A program made the translations under genes and the position numbers. Source: Narcine bancroftii (Eukaryota). From it: a stretch of DNA of 64,000 nt. Below, in pieces: positions 22,990-36,310 of the stretch (its first letter is position 1; each line of letters opens with the position of its first letter). The stretch covers positions 17,856,001 through 17,920,000 of the forward strand of contig NC_091477.1 in assembly GCF_036971445.1 (NCBI RefSeq), read 5' to 3'. The notes under the pieces are model-generated. The model searched no databases. It had not been told where the DNA came from and saw nothing but the letters and a program-made list of their open reading frames with translations.

Positions 22990-25644
22990 ATAAGTATCAC
23001 TTTTTTTCCCAGCTGTAAAACATGATTTTTTCACTACTTTAGGATATTTCTATTGCCACTATTTCTTTGATAATTTGTTCTTCATCCATTAATTATTCCA
23101 TACAATTTATCGTACAAATGTGTATATTCACATTATATCCAATAATGAGATGCAATTTTGCACTATATATCTTTTTATGGCATTTTTTAATAAAGTATCT
23201 GATCATCTAACAAATTTACTGTGAATAATCTGCATCTACATACTTTTTTGTTGCTTTATCAAATCATTTTGTTGAATTGTTCTCATGATAACTGCCTTTT
23301 GCAAATCTAAATTGAAGCTTTTCAGTTAGGTTAAATCATTCTAAGTACTCCACTTGCTCAGAATAATTGATTGCAAAATTTTATTTGCTACTAAATGATT
23401 GATCTGGAGTTAAGAAATAAGGACATTTACTCGAATTCTTGAACCTTTTCCTGTACATCATTTAATACCTCTGAGAGCATGGTGCAGCTAATTCATTCAT
23501 AGCTGGAGCTCACCATCCATGACCTGGAATGAAATCAGAACATTTGGAGCTGGATTTCATACCATCTGTGGCTCAGTTGAGTACATTGGGAAATACTTAT
23601 GCACATCCATCCCATCTTCTGTAGTAGTTCCTCCATGTTGTTCCATCATAGGCATTTAATAGAAAAGGTCTCCTGACAAATGAGATCAAAACATAGTCAG
23701 AACCTTTTAGCAGGGACATCTAAAGGATGGATTTTCAGTCTTTTTTTTCCCAAAAGACTGTAGAACGGAAAGATTTAAAGGGGACTTCCAAGTGTGAACT
23801 AAGCAATGCCTTTCATAACTTCAACATCATGACCCAGATTGCGTGCTCAATACCCCTGCTTATAAAGAAAAGCAATAAAACCTTCATCATGACCCTATCC
23901 AAATGTGTTGCCATTTTTGGGAAGCCCTGTTCATCAACATATCCAAGATCCCAACCAATTACTGACCAGTTTTAAGAAAAAGATATCAGCTGATGCACCA
24001 ATAGTCTTGCAGACCAAGGAACCACAGCTGGACTGCAAGCCACAGAAGAACTACAACCATTAGGACCAGCCATGGAAGATGCATCTAATCATCTGGAAGA
24101 TATCATGCTAAAATAAAGCATACAGAGCAGGGTGGTTATCTTAGGTATGATTTAACTTTTAAATATCTTTCCATTATTATAGAAGGGATGTTACATATAT
24201 GGCATATATAATATTGATGTATGCCACATTATAACATGTAACTATATGATCTTTAAGCTATAGGATTGTTCAGTGTAGAATTTGTTCTTCTCTGTTGAGA
24301 TAATCACAGCAGGAAGTATTGTACTCCTTCATGATCAGCACTGTTTTAATTTTTTATTCACCCTGGATTTTAGTTTCAAGCATCTTGATAGACACAGAGT
24401 GAGTATGGAATCAGGACAGGATGGATGCAATTAAAGAATACAATAAAATAAACACGATAAGCAATGTAGTTAATTCTGAGTTATTTCTCCTCATTAACTT
24501 CGCATCCAGCAGAACAGATGGGGAAATTCTATAAATAAATTTACAAGTTGCCATGTCTTGCTGAGAAACCAACCAACCGGCTGAGGAAATGTAGGCATTA
24601 AACAGAAGAAGTCTTCTGTTATTTATGTAGAAGATGGTACATGGGGTTTATAAAAATACTACTAAGATTGAATTTCTTATTGATATCCAAGGCTCTTGTT
24701 AATACACAAATTGCTTGTTAGAACCATAGAATAATGTTGCACAGAAAGAGGCCCTTCAGACAATCAAGTCTGTAGCAAATTATTTATTCCATCAAGTACT
24801 ATCGTCCTGCACCCAGGCCATAGTCCTCCATACCCCGCCCATCCATGTACTTATCTAATCTTCTCTTAAATGTTGAAATTAACCCCAAATCCACCACTTT
24901 CTCTGGCAACTTGTCCGACACTCTCACCTCCCTCTCAGTGAAGAAGTTCCCCCTAATGTTCTCATCAAACATTTCATCCTTAAGCCATGTCCTCTAGTTT
25001 TTGTCTCACCTAACCTCAGTGGAAAAAGCCTGTTCGCATTTACCCTAGCTATATTCCACATAATTTTTAATACCTCTATCAAATCTCCCTTCATTCTCTG
25101 ATACTCCAAGGTACAAAGTCCTAAACCTTTAACCTTTCCCTTTAACTCAGCCCAACAAGTCCTGATAATGTCTTGTAATTTTTCTATGCTCTCTTTAAAT
25201 ATTAACTGGTATTATTCCTGTAGTTAGGTGACCAAAATGGCATAAAATACTCCAAATTTGAAATCACTGGTGTCATTTACAACTTCAATATAACATCTGA
25301 ACTCTTGTGCTCAGGACTTTGATTTATAAGGGCCGATGTGTCAAAAGCTTTCTTTATGACCCTGCAATGACACTTACAAGGAATTATGAACTCCCAGATC
25401 CCTCTGTTCGACCACCTCAGCAGTTCCCTACAGTTTATCTTGTAAATCTTACCATAGTTTTTCCTCCCAGAATGCAACACCTCACACTTGTCTACATTTA
25501 CATAGATCTGCCATTTTGCAGCCCAATTTTCCAGCTGGACCAGATCTCACTGCAAAGTTTGAGAGCCTTTTTCACTATACCTTTAATCTTAGTATTATCT
25601 GCAAATTTGCTTATCCAATATATTACATTATCATCCAGATAATG

Positions 25645-25730
25645 TACCAGGGGTGTGGGTTAATTAGGTGTAAAATTGGCAGCATGGACTCATGGGCTGA
25701 AATGGTTTGTCACTGCTGTATGTCTCAAAA
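25645..25730 (+). mobile_element. 3' half of a V-SINE
   Basis: TTAATTAGGTGTAAAATTGG..CATGGGCTGAAATGG matches the 7980-8060 region. Confidence 0.7.
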
Positions 25731-25739
25731 ATATATAAT

Positions 25740-26150
25740 TGATGTGGATGACAAAAGTGCTCTAACGGTTGTCATAGCTGAAGGGTGGTTGTGGGGATGG
25801 GCTCCCACTGCCTCACAAATGCTCACCAAGTCTAACTTCTGGCCTTCATGTGTGACATAGTTCTTATGCCCAGTGGAGCTGTTCTCACAGTCAGGAGAAG
25901 GGTCAAAGACAGGCCACAGGTGCCTTGAAACCAGTTGCTCCAGGCAGATGGGGCTCATTAACCACGGATGGTAACTCATCTAGGAGATAGAAAGCTCTAA
26001 TTTCAAACCTCCGCTGCCTTGTGACTATACTCACTAATGGGAAAGGCTTTGGGAGTAAACCCTGAGGAAAAATCTGGAGTGAGAGTTACGAAGGCAGCTG
26101 ACTACTGCATCCAGAACCAGCACAGTAATTCCTGCATGGCTGCTGGCATG
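25740..26150 (+). mobile_element. RTE-type 5'UTR-derived fragment
   Basis: CTAGGAGATAGAAAGCTCTAATTTCAAACC resembles the RTE 5'UTR motif TAGGAGAAGG..CTCTG..TCAAACC. Family assigned by recall. Confidence 0.5.
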
Positions 26151-26610
26151 TCTAATTCAATTCACCTCCTCACCCTGAATGCCAAGTGACTAAATCTTCT
26201 GGCCCAACCTCCCTTATGGACCTCGTCAAAGGCCTTACTAAAGTCCATGAAAGACAACATCCACTGCCTTTTCCTCATCAACTTACCTGGTAACCTCCTG
26301 GAAAAATGTTATAAAATTGGTTAAACTTGTACCATGCTCAAAGCAATGTTGATTATCTCTAATCATTCCCTGTCTATCCAAATACTTGTATACCCATTCC
26401 CTTAGAATATCTTCCAACAATTTACCCACTAATGATGTCAGGCTCACCAGCCCATAATTCCCTGATTACTCTGAGAACCTTTCTCAAACAATGGAATAAT
26501 GTTAGCTTGAGCATCACATAGCATATTCATTAAAGTCCACGGCACTTCACCCTGCATCATCCATTTAATCTTCATCCTTTCACATCCGCTGAGGCCAAAT
26601 TCTCTCTCTT

Positions 26611-26910
26611 TCTCTCCCCTTCCCACACTCTCTCCCCTTCCCACACTCTCTCCCCTTCCCACACTCTCTCCCCTTCCCACACTCTCTCCCCTTCCCACAC
26701 TCTCTCCCCTTCCCACACTCTCTCCCCTTCCCACACTCTCTCCCCACCCAAAGCCCTCTATCCTTCCTACACTCTCCCACTCTGTCTCTTCCTCTCTCTC
26801 CCCCTCTTTCACTCTCTCCCCCTTCCCACTCTCTGTCCCCTTCTCACTCTCTCCTTTCCCCCACTCTCTCTCTTCCCCCCCCCCACCACTCACTTTTCTC
26901 CTTCCCTTCA
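26611..26910. repeat. 18-bp minisatellite (CTCCCCTTCCCACACTCT) about x7 plus a pyrimidine-rich tract
   Basis: Direct reading; it generates the GESVGR repeats in the ORF track. Confidence 0.95.
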
Positions 26911-29900
26911 GATCCTTTTGCATCACCCTAACCTCTCTTTAAGGCAGAGGAGCTCCACTCTTTCATGACCACCTGTGTACCATTCGACAAATTCCTTTTG
27001 GGGCCACAGAAACTTCATCCAATAGGATCCATTTCATGTTAATCATTTCAGGTCTGCTGAAACTAAATGCTCTCCTATCCCCTTCTTTCTACTCTTCAAG
27101 AACTATTTGCACACAACATGGTGTATTTCTTTCATGTCTGCTTGCACTCTACCTTGACATTTTCCTTTTGGTTGGTGAGGTGTTCAGCCTACACTGTTCA
27201 TTTTAACCTTCATGCTTTCAGGTCTATTTGTGCACCACCCTGGTGCACTTGGGGCTACAGAACCTTCACCCTGCAGGGTCTGTTCATTGTAGATCTATGA
27301 TGCTTGCAAACACAGATGTGGAATTATAATTGGAAAACTTGATCCCCAACATTAGCTACTTACATAATCAAACTTCATCTGTTTTCTTGCTGGATTTTAC
27401 TCTATTATTTTTAATAGAAATACATAGAAATACTTTGATTAAAAGCAAAGCCTGAGTGATTACACAGGGATTGTGCCAAATGTAGCACATATCTCAGCAT
27501 AGCCATTCAATTACCTTTGGACATAACTAAAGTTGAACTTAAAATATCAACAACGTGTTGTATGAATTCAGCAGTCCTTAAGGAGTTCTGGAAACAGAAC
27601 ACACAAATTGCCAAAAGGCTATGGAATTCCATTTACTGAGTGAAAAATTCACAGTAAATGGAATAGCTCCAATTCAGAGATGTACCTTTTTCTATTGATT
27701 GGAATAAGTTTCTCACCTTATCCATAGAATATTTGTGAATCAGTACAAAATTTAAAATATAAGCTATGCTCTGAGCTGTTTCAATCACGTGTATTTCTTC
27801 TGAAATTCCCGTTGGGTAAATCTTCCTTTGTTTTTGACACTGAATACAAGGTAACGTGTTCATACTCTGCACTCTGTGTTCTTGGTCTGCTATCACTTCT
27901 AAAGCCACATTCACTCATGAAGCAACTTGAACTTTCATTGAACACATTACTCTGGTCACACTCATCAAAAATAAATTGTGTCAATTGGAGCTAAAATGCT
28001 CATAAAGCTTTTTACATAAGAGTAAGTTCTCAAAACTGCAGGGACTCTTGAAAGTAGCTCAGCTCTGTAGCAGATTTTTTTTAAATTACAAGAGTTTATT
28101 TCCAACTATAAGGTCCTATGTGCTTGAAACCATGTAAGAACTACTATTCCAGATTCTATTCCACTTTGTAGTGTGAGTCGTAATTGTGTCATAAATCAAT
28201 GTGTAGGTGTGGTGCCTGGAAAAATGCCACTCAGCCGAGCAATGACTTTCTGTGTGTTTTATGAATGAATGACAATCTAAGGACACGAAGCATGTAACTT
28301 CTGATGATAAAACTGTGAGCAAATAGTTGGTGACTTGATCAGATGTGAGAAGTGCAATAGAAGATTAAATCAGGGTGCAGGTGAATTGCAACAAGATGTA
28401 CTGGTACCTGCTCCAATTTCCTGATGGACAGACTTCCATTAGAGGTGGGTCCCAAAGGCACAAAATGTGCAGCCATTTGAAAACCGATGTGATTCTAAGC
28501 CAAGGGGCCTGCATTGAATGAAGCAGAATTGGTACCAGTGCTTGGCTCTAATCCTGTTGTTTGAGAGAGGACATAGGCAGTCTTGGAGAAAATGTTGATT
28601 GTTGGACTGTAGCAAAGTGGAGAAATGTGTTTCAAATTACTGTCACTGTTCAGTAATTATGCTTTTACAATGCAGATAAATATAGGTACTTGATTGGCTG
28701 AATCTTCAGTCATGCAGTCATCCTTGGAGAAGTTCAGGCAGTGGGAATATTGCACAAAGACACCATGAGGTGGACTCAATAATCTTTCTTGGGGATGGGC
28801 AAGACCTTTCATCAGTGTGTGTATGTGTGTGTAGATTGTGTCATGTCCTAGGCTTAAATCCCAGGTTCTGTGAAAGAGTGGCCGTCGCAAAGTACTGCAG
28901 AATCATGACTCCTAAAGGATAATAGTCATTCAATGATTATGATAGACTCTCTGGATCAAACAGCATAGTTGCAGGAATTAAAGACCTTTCAGTTGACCCA
29001 AGTTCATGTGAACTTCATGCAAGGCAATATGTACTGAACTGCTTGAGAAAGAAGCCTGCAATCCAAGCCAATCCTTTGCCCGTCCTGCTAACTTTTCTCA
29101 TGAATGAGGAAATTAAATTGATCTGTTTTCTGTGTGAAAATGTTCAGTGACCTCCTTTAGTAGCACATTGGGGGGTTGAAAGAATTGAATCTCCTCAAGG
29201 AGTTAGACAAATATAACTACAAAATGATGGTCACCTTCACAGGCCTGGGCATTGATATCCTTTCCTTGGTCTGAGGTCAGATGTGTGGCTGCATCAATCC
29301 ACAGATTTTAGTCACAACTCTTTTTAAAAAGCAGTCACATCTTGTACATTGGCTCTTTAGAGTTTAGGGAAATGATCCCCACAGGCCTTTTGCAAATCTG
29401 CCCCTCCTCTTAATGCTTCTTGTTTGTTATCTCCTCTCATCATTCTGCCAACCTCACGGGGTATAAGTCTGTTGTTCTTGTGTCTGTGATAATATAAGAC
29501 AAGCTGCTGGTTAAACTCGAGGACTGTAACTGAATTTTAAACTATTCTCTTTTACACTCAATGCCTTTATAACATCTACCCATTCCCAACACACTCCTAC
29601 CCCCTCCTAAGCCCTGCCTTTGTCTGAGACAATTTTAAGAGAGTTTCACAATTTCTGTGGATAAACTAATTTTCACTATGCTTGAATTTGCAACTAGAAA
29701 TATCACGGTCTATTGGAATTGATTGACCAAAGACTCACATAAAGACATTAAAAGAGTTAGAAATAAAAAACAATTGGCTTCTGCTTAAACAGACTACTTG
29801 TGTTACTTTGAATAAAATAATGTGATACAGTAATACACAGTGTTTAAAATAATCCAGATATTTCCATTGTTTACCACATTATTTAGGGCTTCCATCCACT

Positions 29901-30364
29901 CTCCTCAATAATCAATTGCGCCTAAAAAAATATCTGCTTTAAATACCTTGAAAGCAAATTCTCGCAATAGCTCAAATTGTGAATGTGACTGTATAAAGTC
30001 AATAAGATTTCCCATTTGGCCTCTGTGTTTTACTGCGACTGCAACTCGTCCCAGTACTCCTTAGCTAATAATAAATAAAATGGTAGAGGCCAGACACCTG
30101 TGACAAAGGAGGGGCAAGGTTATAGAGTTATTAAGTTACTGAGCAAGTTGTCCAGAGATAATTAAGTCATGATCTCAACATGATATTTCAAATTCTTTCA
30201 CAGTGGCTGAAAGAATTAAAGTCAGTTGATTAAATACATCTGAAGGTCTGAAGGACTTCTTTATTTCTGCTATCATAATGGTTCGATAAAACTACAGAAT
30301 TCTCATAAAACCCATCTGGTTTACCATTTTACTTTAGAGAAGACATCTAGTAATCATGCCCTAT

Positions 30365-30566
30365 CCCATTTCCTTGCTAACATGTCTGTCCATAGTCTCA
30401 TATACTGCCAAACTGAGACCAACCGTATTTGGAGGAATAACACCTCATATTTCCGTCTGGGCACCTACTAACTGGATTGCATTAACATCAACTTCTCCAG
30501 TTTCTGTTAGCCCCATCCATCTCCCCATCTATCCCTATGTCTCCTTTCCTCTATCTGTGTGTGTGT

Positions 30567-30601
<35 letters not shown>

Positions 30602-30940
30602 CTTTTGCCTCTGTCTCTTTTCCCCCAGCTCTACTTACACAAGCCCAAAAACAACCCATCTGCTCCCCCAGATAATTCTCACATTTCCTCTATTTTCTGT
30701 TCCATCCATATCTAATTAAAACCTTTTGTCTGTTTGTCTGTACTCTTTCCCCTGCCCATTCTTCCCTTCTCACTAGCCTTTTAATTCAGGTGACTGTCTG
30801 CTTTTAATTCGGACCTTGAAGGAAGGCTCAAGCACAAAACCTCGATTTTATATATCTATCTCCTATGGACGCTGCTAAATTATTCCACATTCCTGTGTTT
30901 TTATTACAATCATAGCATCTGCAGTTTTCATGTTCCACTA
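30365..30940 (+). mobile_element. Penelope-like element 3' part containing a (TG)n(TC)n microsatellite (30555-30598)
   Basis: TTGGAGGAATAACACCTCATATTTCCGTCTGGG (LEE.HLIF.LG), and a terminal repeat ending GCATCTGCAG..TTTCATGTTCCACT. Confidence 0.8.
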
Positions 30941-31914
30941 AATTTTAAGCGACTCCAAGCATGTAATAACTTGATTTAGTCTTCTCTCTGAAACAAATTA
31001 TTCTTCAACCAGCCTCATGAAAGAACATAACATCAGATGTGAATATAAAACACAAAGCATTTCCAAATCATTTTGTTTAGTGGCTATAACAATTTTGAGT
31101 TCCTGTATCATGGTGAGACCATCTACAAATGGCTTACTGATACATACAAGTTGCATTAAAAATTATGCTATTTTGTAACTTGGATGATTTAAACTTTTTA
31201 TTGGTGGCAGTCATTATTCAGCAATTCGGATTTAACATTTTTGGTCTCGTATGTATTATTAGCAATTGTTTGGCATACAAACATATTTGGAACTTATTAG
31301 GGAAATCCACCCATTCTTCACTTCTGTAATTATGCTCTTTTATCCACTGAGGTGCACACTAAAGTGATCCTGTTGGAGCACATACAATATGTCAGTGAAA
31401 AGATCATTAGTGGGTAAGTCTTGCTTGATGGGAGTTGGCAAAGAGCATCCATCACTTTGCTCATGTATGAAAGTCAGGCAATTGGATGTGACGGATTATA
31501 TCCTATTTTATCTTGAATATAAGATATGTTTTTGAAGGAGATAGATTATGGGGGTAGCGTAGGTCACAAACACTTAACAAAACAGATCTCATTTAAAATG
31601 CCAGAGCTCTGCTCAAGCCAGACAGTCCAGGCTCCGAGTGCCTTTTCAAAAACTTTGAAGAAAGCCTATAGAGACTTCACATAAATTGGACATGCCGTGG
31701 AGTAATGGATGATTGTTTGAAAGCAATAGATGAACGGACTCAGAAGAATGGGTCTGATGCCGCAAGATTGCTGGATCTAGTTTTAGTATCAAAGGGTCAT
31801 TAATAACTATGCATGGGTAAAGATTATTGCTTAGATTTACTTCCTGACTCATATTACCCCTCAATCTAGCTCAAGCCAGCCTATTCTGATAACTGATAGC
31901 TCCAGATAAATCTG

Positions 31915-32690
31915 ATAACTATCCAAGCAACATCCTTATGAATAGTTTTGTACCCCTATGTCCTTCCTATAGTCTAGTGACCAGAACTGCACACAATATT
32001 CCAAGTGCAGCATTTTGTACAATTGTAACATGATGTCCCATCTAATTTACTCATTGCCTTAGCTATTGAAGCCAAGCATGCCTTATACTGCCTTACTACT
32101 CTTCCTATCTATGTTCTCACTTACAGGGAACTATGTGCTTATACCCTAAGGATTGTATGTTCAATATCACTACCCAGGGCCCTGTCATTCACTGTGAATG
32201 TCCTTCCCTGCTTCAGTTTTCCAAAATGCATTGTTTCATACTTTATTTAATTTAAAAAAACCATTAAATTTAGATATACAGCACAGTAACGTGCCCTTTC
32301 GGCCCATGAACCCATACTGCCGAATTACACCCAATTGACTTACAATGCCAATACGTTTTGAACGGTGGGAGGAAACCAGAGCACCTGGAGGAAACACATG
32401 CAGACAGCATTGGATTCGAACCCCGATCACAGGTACTGTAATAGCATTGTGCTAACCGCTGTGCTTACCATGCCACCCCTTTAAATTGTTGGAGTTAAAT
32501 TCCATCTGCCATTCTCTTGCACAGTTTCCCTGTTGATTGTATCTTTTTGTAACTTCAGATGATTTTCTTCAATACCTGTACCACCACTTTTGGCTTTATC
32601 TTTAAACTTACTGATAATGCCATCTACATTCTCATCCAAGTCATTAAAATATATGTTAAAAAGAAGCACACAACCCAGTGGCATGCATCT
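31915..32690 (-). mobile_element. Decayed CR1 fragment with nested SINE
   Basis: CCAGAACTGCACACAATATTCC (EYCVQFW); LFNIYFNDLDENVDGIISKF. Confidence 0.75.
32262..32480 (-). mobile_element. HE1-like V-SINE
   Basis: Reverse-complement match to 7829-8090, including A and B boxes (GGTTCGAATCC). Confidence 0.85.
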
Positions 32691-32734
32691 GAAGAAAGTA
32701 AAGGCATCGGTACACTTCATTGACAATCGCACAA

Positions 32735-33270
32735 ATGTATTTGTCTCAGGTTAAGTCAATGGAGATATTGAACTTGAACCTCTATATTCTTTCAATTTCA
32801 GTCCATTAATATGGACAAAGTCGTGACTCTGCTCCTCCGCTCCTCCCCTCTCTGCTGAGGTCAAGGATGATCTCCTTCATCATATTGGCATTGAGAGCGA
32901 GGTTGCTATCGATCACTAGACTTTCAACCTCTTATTGACTCTGTTATTAGACACCCCGCTCACTACTGTGGTGTCAGAAAATTTAAAGGAGTTGGAATGA
33001 TATTTAATTGAAGAGGGTGTAGGGAGAGTGTCGATGTGACCTGGGTATGCATCTTTGAGGAGTGCTGGTGTTGAGTGTGATCATGGAGGAGATGATGTGA
33101 GGTGATTGCAGTCTGACAGTCACAGAGAGTGTGCTGAGGCTGAGGTTCCCAAGTATGGGAATGAGTTTGCTGGGAACTATGGTACTAAAGGCAGAATGAT
33201 AGTCTATGAACAGCAGTCTAAATGGTTTTGGTATCTAGATGTTTCAAGGTCGATTGGAGAGCTACCATGC
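32735..33270 (-). mobile_element. Degenerate Rex-Babar-like RT fragment
   Basis: Motifs similar to 3300-3640 and 57130-57300. Confidence 0.55.
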
Positions 33271-33514
33271 AGGATCTAGGCAAAGTACATGAAGATGTCT
33301 TCTACTGTTCTACCCTCATTAATCCTCAGTCAACTCCTTAAAAAACTCAATCAAATTTGTAAGGCATGATTTTCTATGCACTCAGCCATTCATTAACATA
33401 AAACCCTCAATCCATATAATTTTATAAAACACGCTTTTCTTACATTCCAATTCAACCAAATAGAATCTTTGATCCAATGAAGAGGGGGATTGCTCTCTTT
33501 CTATATGACAAGAG

Positions 33515-33982
33515 TACTCGAGATGGCAGAGGCCGACAGCATCGAATCCACGCTGCTGAAAATCAAACTGCGCTGGGTAGGTCACGTCTCCAGAATGGAG
33601 GACCATCGCCTTCCCAAGATCGTGTTATATGGCGAGCTCGCCACTGGCCACCGAGACAGAGGTGCACCAAAGAAGAGGTACAAGGACTGCCTAAAGAAAG
33701 CTCTTGGTGCCTACCACATTGACCATCGCCAGTGGGCTGATATCGCCTCAAACCGTGCATCTTGGCGCCTCACAGTTCGGCGGGCAGCAACCTACTTTGA
33801 AGAAGACCGCAGAGCCCACCTCACTGTCAAAAGACAAAGGAGGAAAAACCCAACACCCAACCCCAACCCACCAATTTTCCCTTGCAACCGCTGAAACCGT
33901 GTCTGCTTGTCCCGCATCGGATTTGTCAGCCACCAACGAGCCTGCAGCTGACGTGGACATTACCCCTCCATAAATCTTGAAG
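33515..33982 (+). mobile_element. 5'-truncated RTE LINE with 12-bp TSD
   Basis: LRWVGHVSRMEDHRLPKIVLYGEL..GAPKKRYKDCLK and a C-terminal C..C..H..C zinc motif with a stop. TSD ATATGACAAGAG at 33503-33514 and 33983-33994. Confidence 0.95.
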
Positions 33983-34240
33983 ATATGACAAGAGAATACT
34001 ACCAAGACCAGGCTGCACTGCAGATTCATCATGGTATCCACTGTAGAAATAGATTTGTAGGCATTTGGCTCTAACAAGTCTTGGACTTGTATCAAGACTG
34101 TCTAGGTACACAACTCAGTTTAGAGCGTATGACTGAACAATTCTAGTTTCCTTTGGAACCTTTGACCATAATCAGCATATGTCCTGTTGATACAGTATAT
34201 AGAAAAAAAACAATTTTCACTGGAAGTCTGTTACTTGGAG

Positions 34241-34447
34241 TGATGTACTAGTGTACTATCAATTACTCCAAAAGACTGATAGGCTTTTATTTGCTTAAGA
34301 ACAAAGGCACATTTATACTTGACTGTCCTGCACTGGGGAGGATGCTGTGGAACAATCACCTTTATTCAGGAGGCTGTGGGGGGGGCCATAGGTACAGTCT
34401 GCCAATAGCTGTGCCCAAGTAGATAAATATATATACGGTTTACCACA
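34241..34447 (-). mobile_element. Gypsy 3' LTR
   Basis: Minus strand TGTGGTA...CATCA with AATAAA, preceded by a polypurine tract at 34448-34465. Confidence 0.8.
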
Positions 34448-35860
34448 TTCATCCCTGTTTTTTTTAAAGAGTACAGCGGGGTGAAGTGGTGATGATACAG
34501 TTAAAATTAACTATTTAAGATGGTCTGGTTTCTTCACTGTGACTGTCATAATACCAGCTGCAATTATGGTGCAGTGATGGAGTCCGGTTCAGTCTGGAGT
34601 GCCCGTGTGCAATTATTAGCATTGGGCTGGTGGGTATGTGGTGATGAGTCTGGCATCGCCTCTGTTGGGGGTGAGGTAATGTGCCATGGGCCTGGTGCAC
34701 TGGGTGGCTAAGGGTGAGAGGGGTGTGGAGTGATCAGTCGAGGTCTCCAGAGCCCCCAAGGGCACCAGATCCCTATTAGAGACGGTGTTCTCATTCCCAT
34801 CAGGGTACACCACATAGGTGCATTGGTGTTTGGCTTGGAGGAAGTGGACCCTTTCGACCATAGCTTCGGAAGTAGGATTGGTCCGAGGACATCAGTCATG
34901 CCGATATCGTGGTCCCTGTCATAGATTTCCTGGGAAAGGACAACATATGTTCATATCGTGTGGCATTCATGGAAATACATAGGAGGGATCTGATGGAGTG
35001 GAGTGCCTCAAGGAGGACCCTTTTTACCAGCAGGAGACTGGAAAGCCCCTAGACCGCAAGGCTAGGAGAACAGCCTTTTAGACTGTGGGCTTTTTCCCTT
35101 TCCACTGGCCCATTCCTCCGGGGATTGTAGCTGGTGGTCCTACTCGTGGCAATGCCTCTGGACAGCAGGTACCGGCACAGCTTTTCTGTCACAAAAGATG
35201 ACCCCTGATCATCATGAATATAGCTGGGGAGCCAAATAGAATGAAGGGACCTTGCAGGGCCTTGATGACTCTGACAGCTATCATATCAGAGCAGGAGATG
35301 GCAAACGGAAAAGGGGAGTACTTATCAATAACATTGAGGAAGTACATATTGCAGTCCGTGGAAGGCAGGGGTCCTTTGAAGTTGACACTCAACCGTTCAA
35401 AGGAGCAGATGGCCTTTATCAACTGCCCTGTGTCTGGCCAGTAGAAGTGCACTCCACACAGACCTGGCAGTTTTTGGTCATTAACCTGATCTCTTCAATG
35501 GAGTACAGTAGGGTGTGGGCTTTGATGAAGTGGAATAACTTGGTAACTCTGGGGTGGCAGAGATAATTGTGAAGGACTTGTAAGTTGTCAATCTGTGCGC
35601 TGGCGCCGGTCCCGCGGGATAGGGCATCAGGTGGCCCATTGAGTTTCCCAGGCCAGTACAAGATATCATAATTGTAGATGGACAGTTCAATTCTCCGCCT
35701 TAATATCTTGTTCTTCTTGATTTTACCATGTTGTTTATTGAACATAAAAGCAACTACACATTGGACAGTTAGTAGGGTAAGTCATTTACCAGCCAGGTAG
35801 TGTCTACAGTGCCACACTGACAGAGGCGTGTTGAATTTTGGGGCCCTGGAGGGTATAGGA
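34448..35860 (-). pseudogene. Gypsy pol remnant (RNase H end and integrase), 5'-truncated
   Basis: YDILYWPGKLN..PDALSR, H..LCH...C..C zinc motif, FERLSVNFKGPLPS, FLNVIDKYS. Multiple frameshifts. Confidence 0.85.
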
Positions 35861-35899
35861 AAAGAAAACAATTGGGGAAAAGTATTAAGGAGTTAAAAA

Positions 35900-36310
35900 A
35901 GAAAGTCTGCAGATGCTGGGGTCAAGTGCAATACACATACGTGCTGGAGAAACTCAGCATGTCGTGCAGCATCCATAAGATGTAAGGGGTAAGCAATGTT
36001 TTGGGTCTGGGGGCTCTTCATTAGTGATTGTTAAAAAGAACCAGAGGGGTAAATAGTTTTACCTACATTGTAATTGTGAAGGGCATCAGTTTCAGGTATG
36101 TAAAAATCTGCCCTTCAGCTTATGTTGTGTCCACCTATATAAATCAACTCCGCAACAATCTAATCCTTCCTTGCCTGACATCCAACACCCTCTATTCTTC
36201 TACAAGTCTGTATCTTCTGGTCAAAATCTTTTCCACCTGCTGCCTGACCCACTGAACTTTTCCAGCATTTTCAGATTTTATTTCCGATTTTCAGCATCTG
36301 TTCTTTCTCT
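35900..36310. mobile_element. Fold-back Penelope-derived element
   Basis: Begins AAAGTCTGCAGATGCTG..GCTGGAGAAACTCAGC and ends CTGAACTTTTCCAGCA..TCAGCATCTG, i.e. inverted terminal repeats. Confidence 0.6.

Larger units (their letters stand above)
24722..26510 (-). mobile_element. CR1 LINE (3' end to RT), interrupted at about 25645-26150
   Basis: RMKGDLIEVLKIM, LFPLRLGETKTRGHGL, HSGRKN and KFAD-like motifs. RT sequence resumes at about 26190. Confidence 0.8.

Noticed and set aside
26444-26926. 160-aa Gly/Glu/Arg-rich ORF
   Set aside because: Product of an 18-bp minisatellite and a pyrimidine tract.
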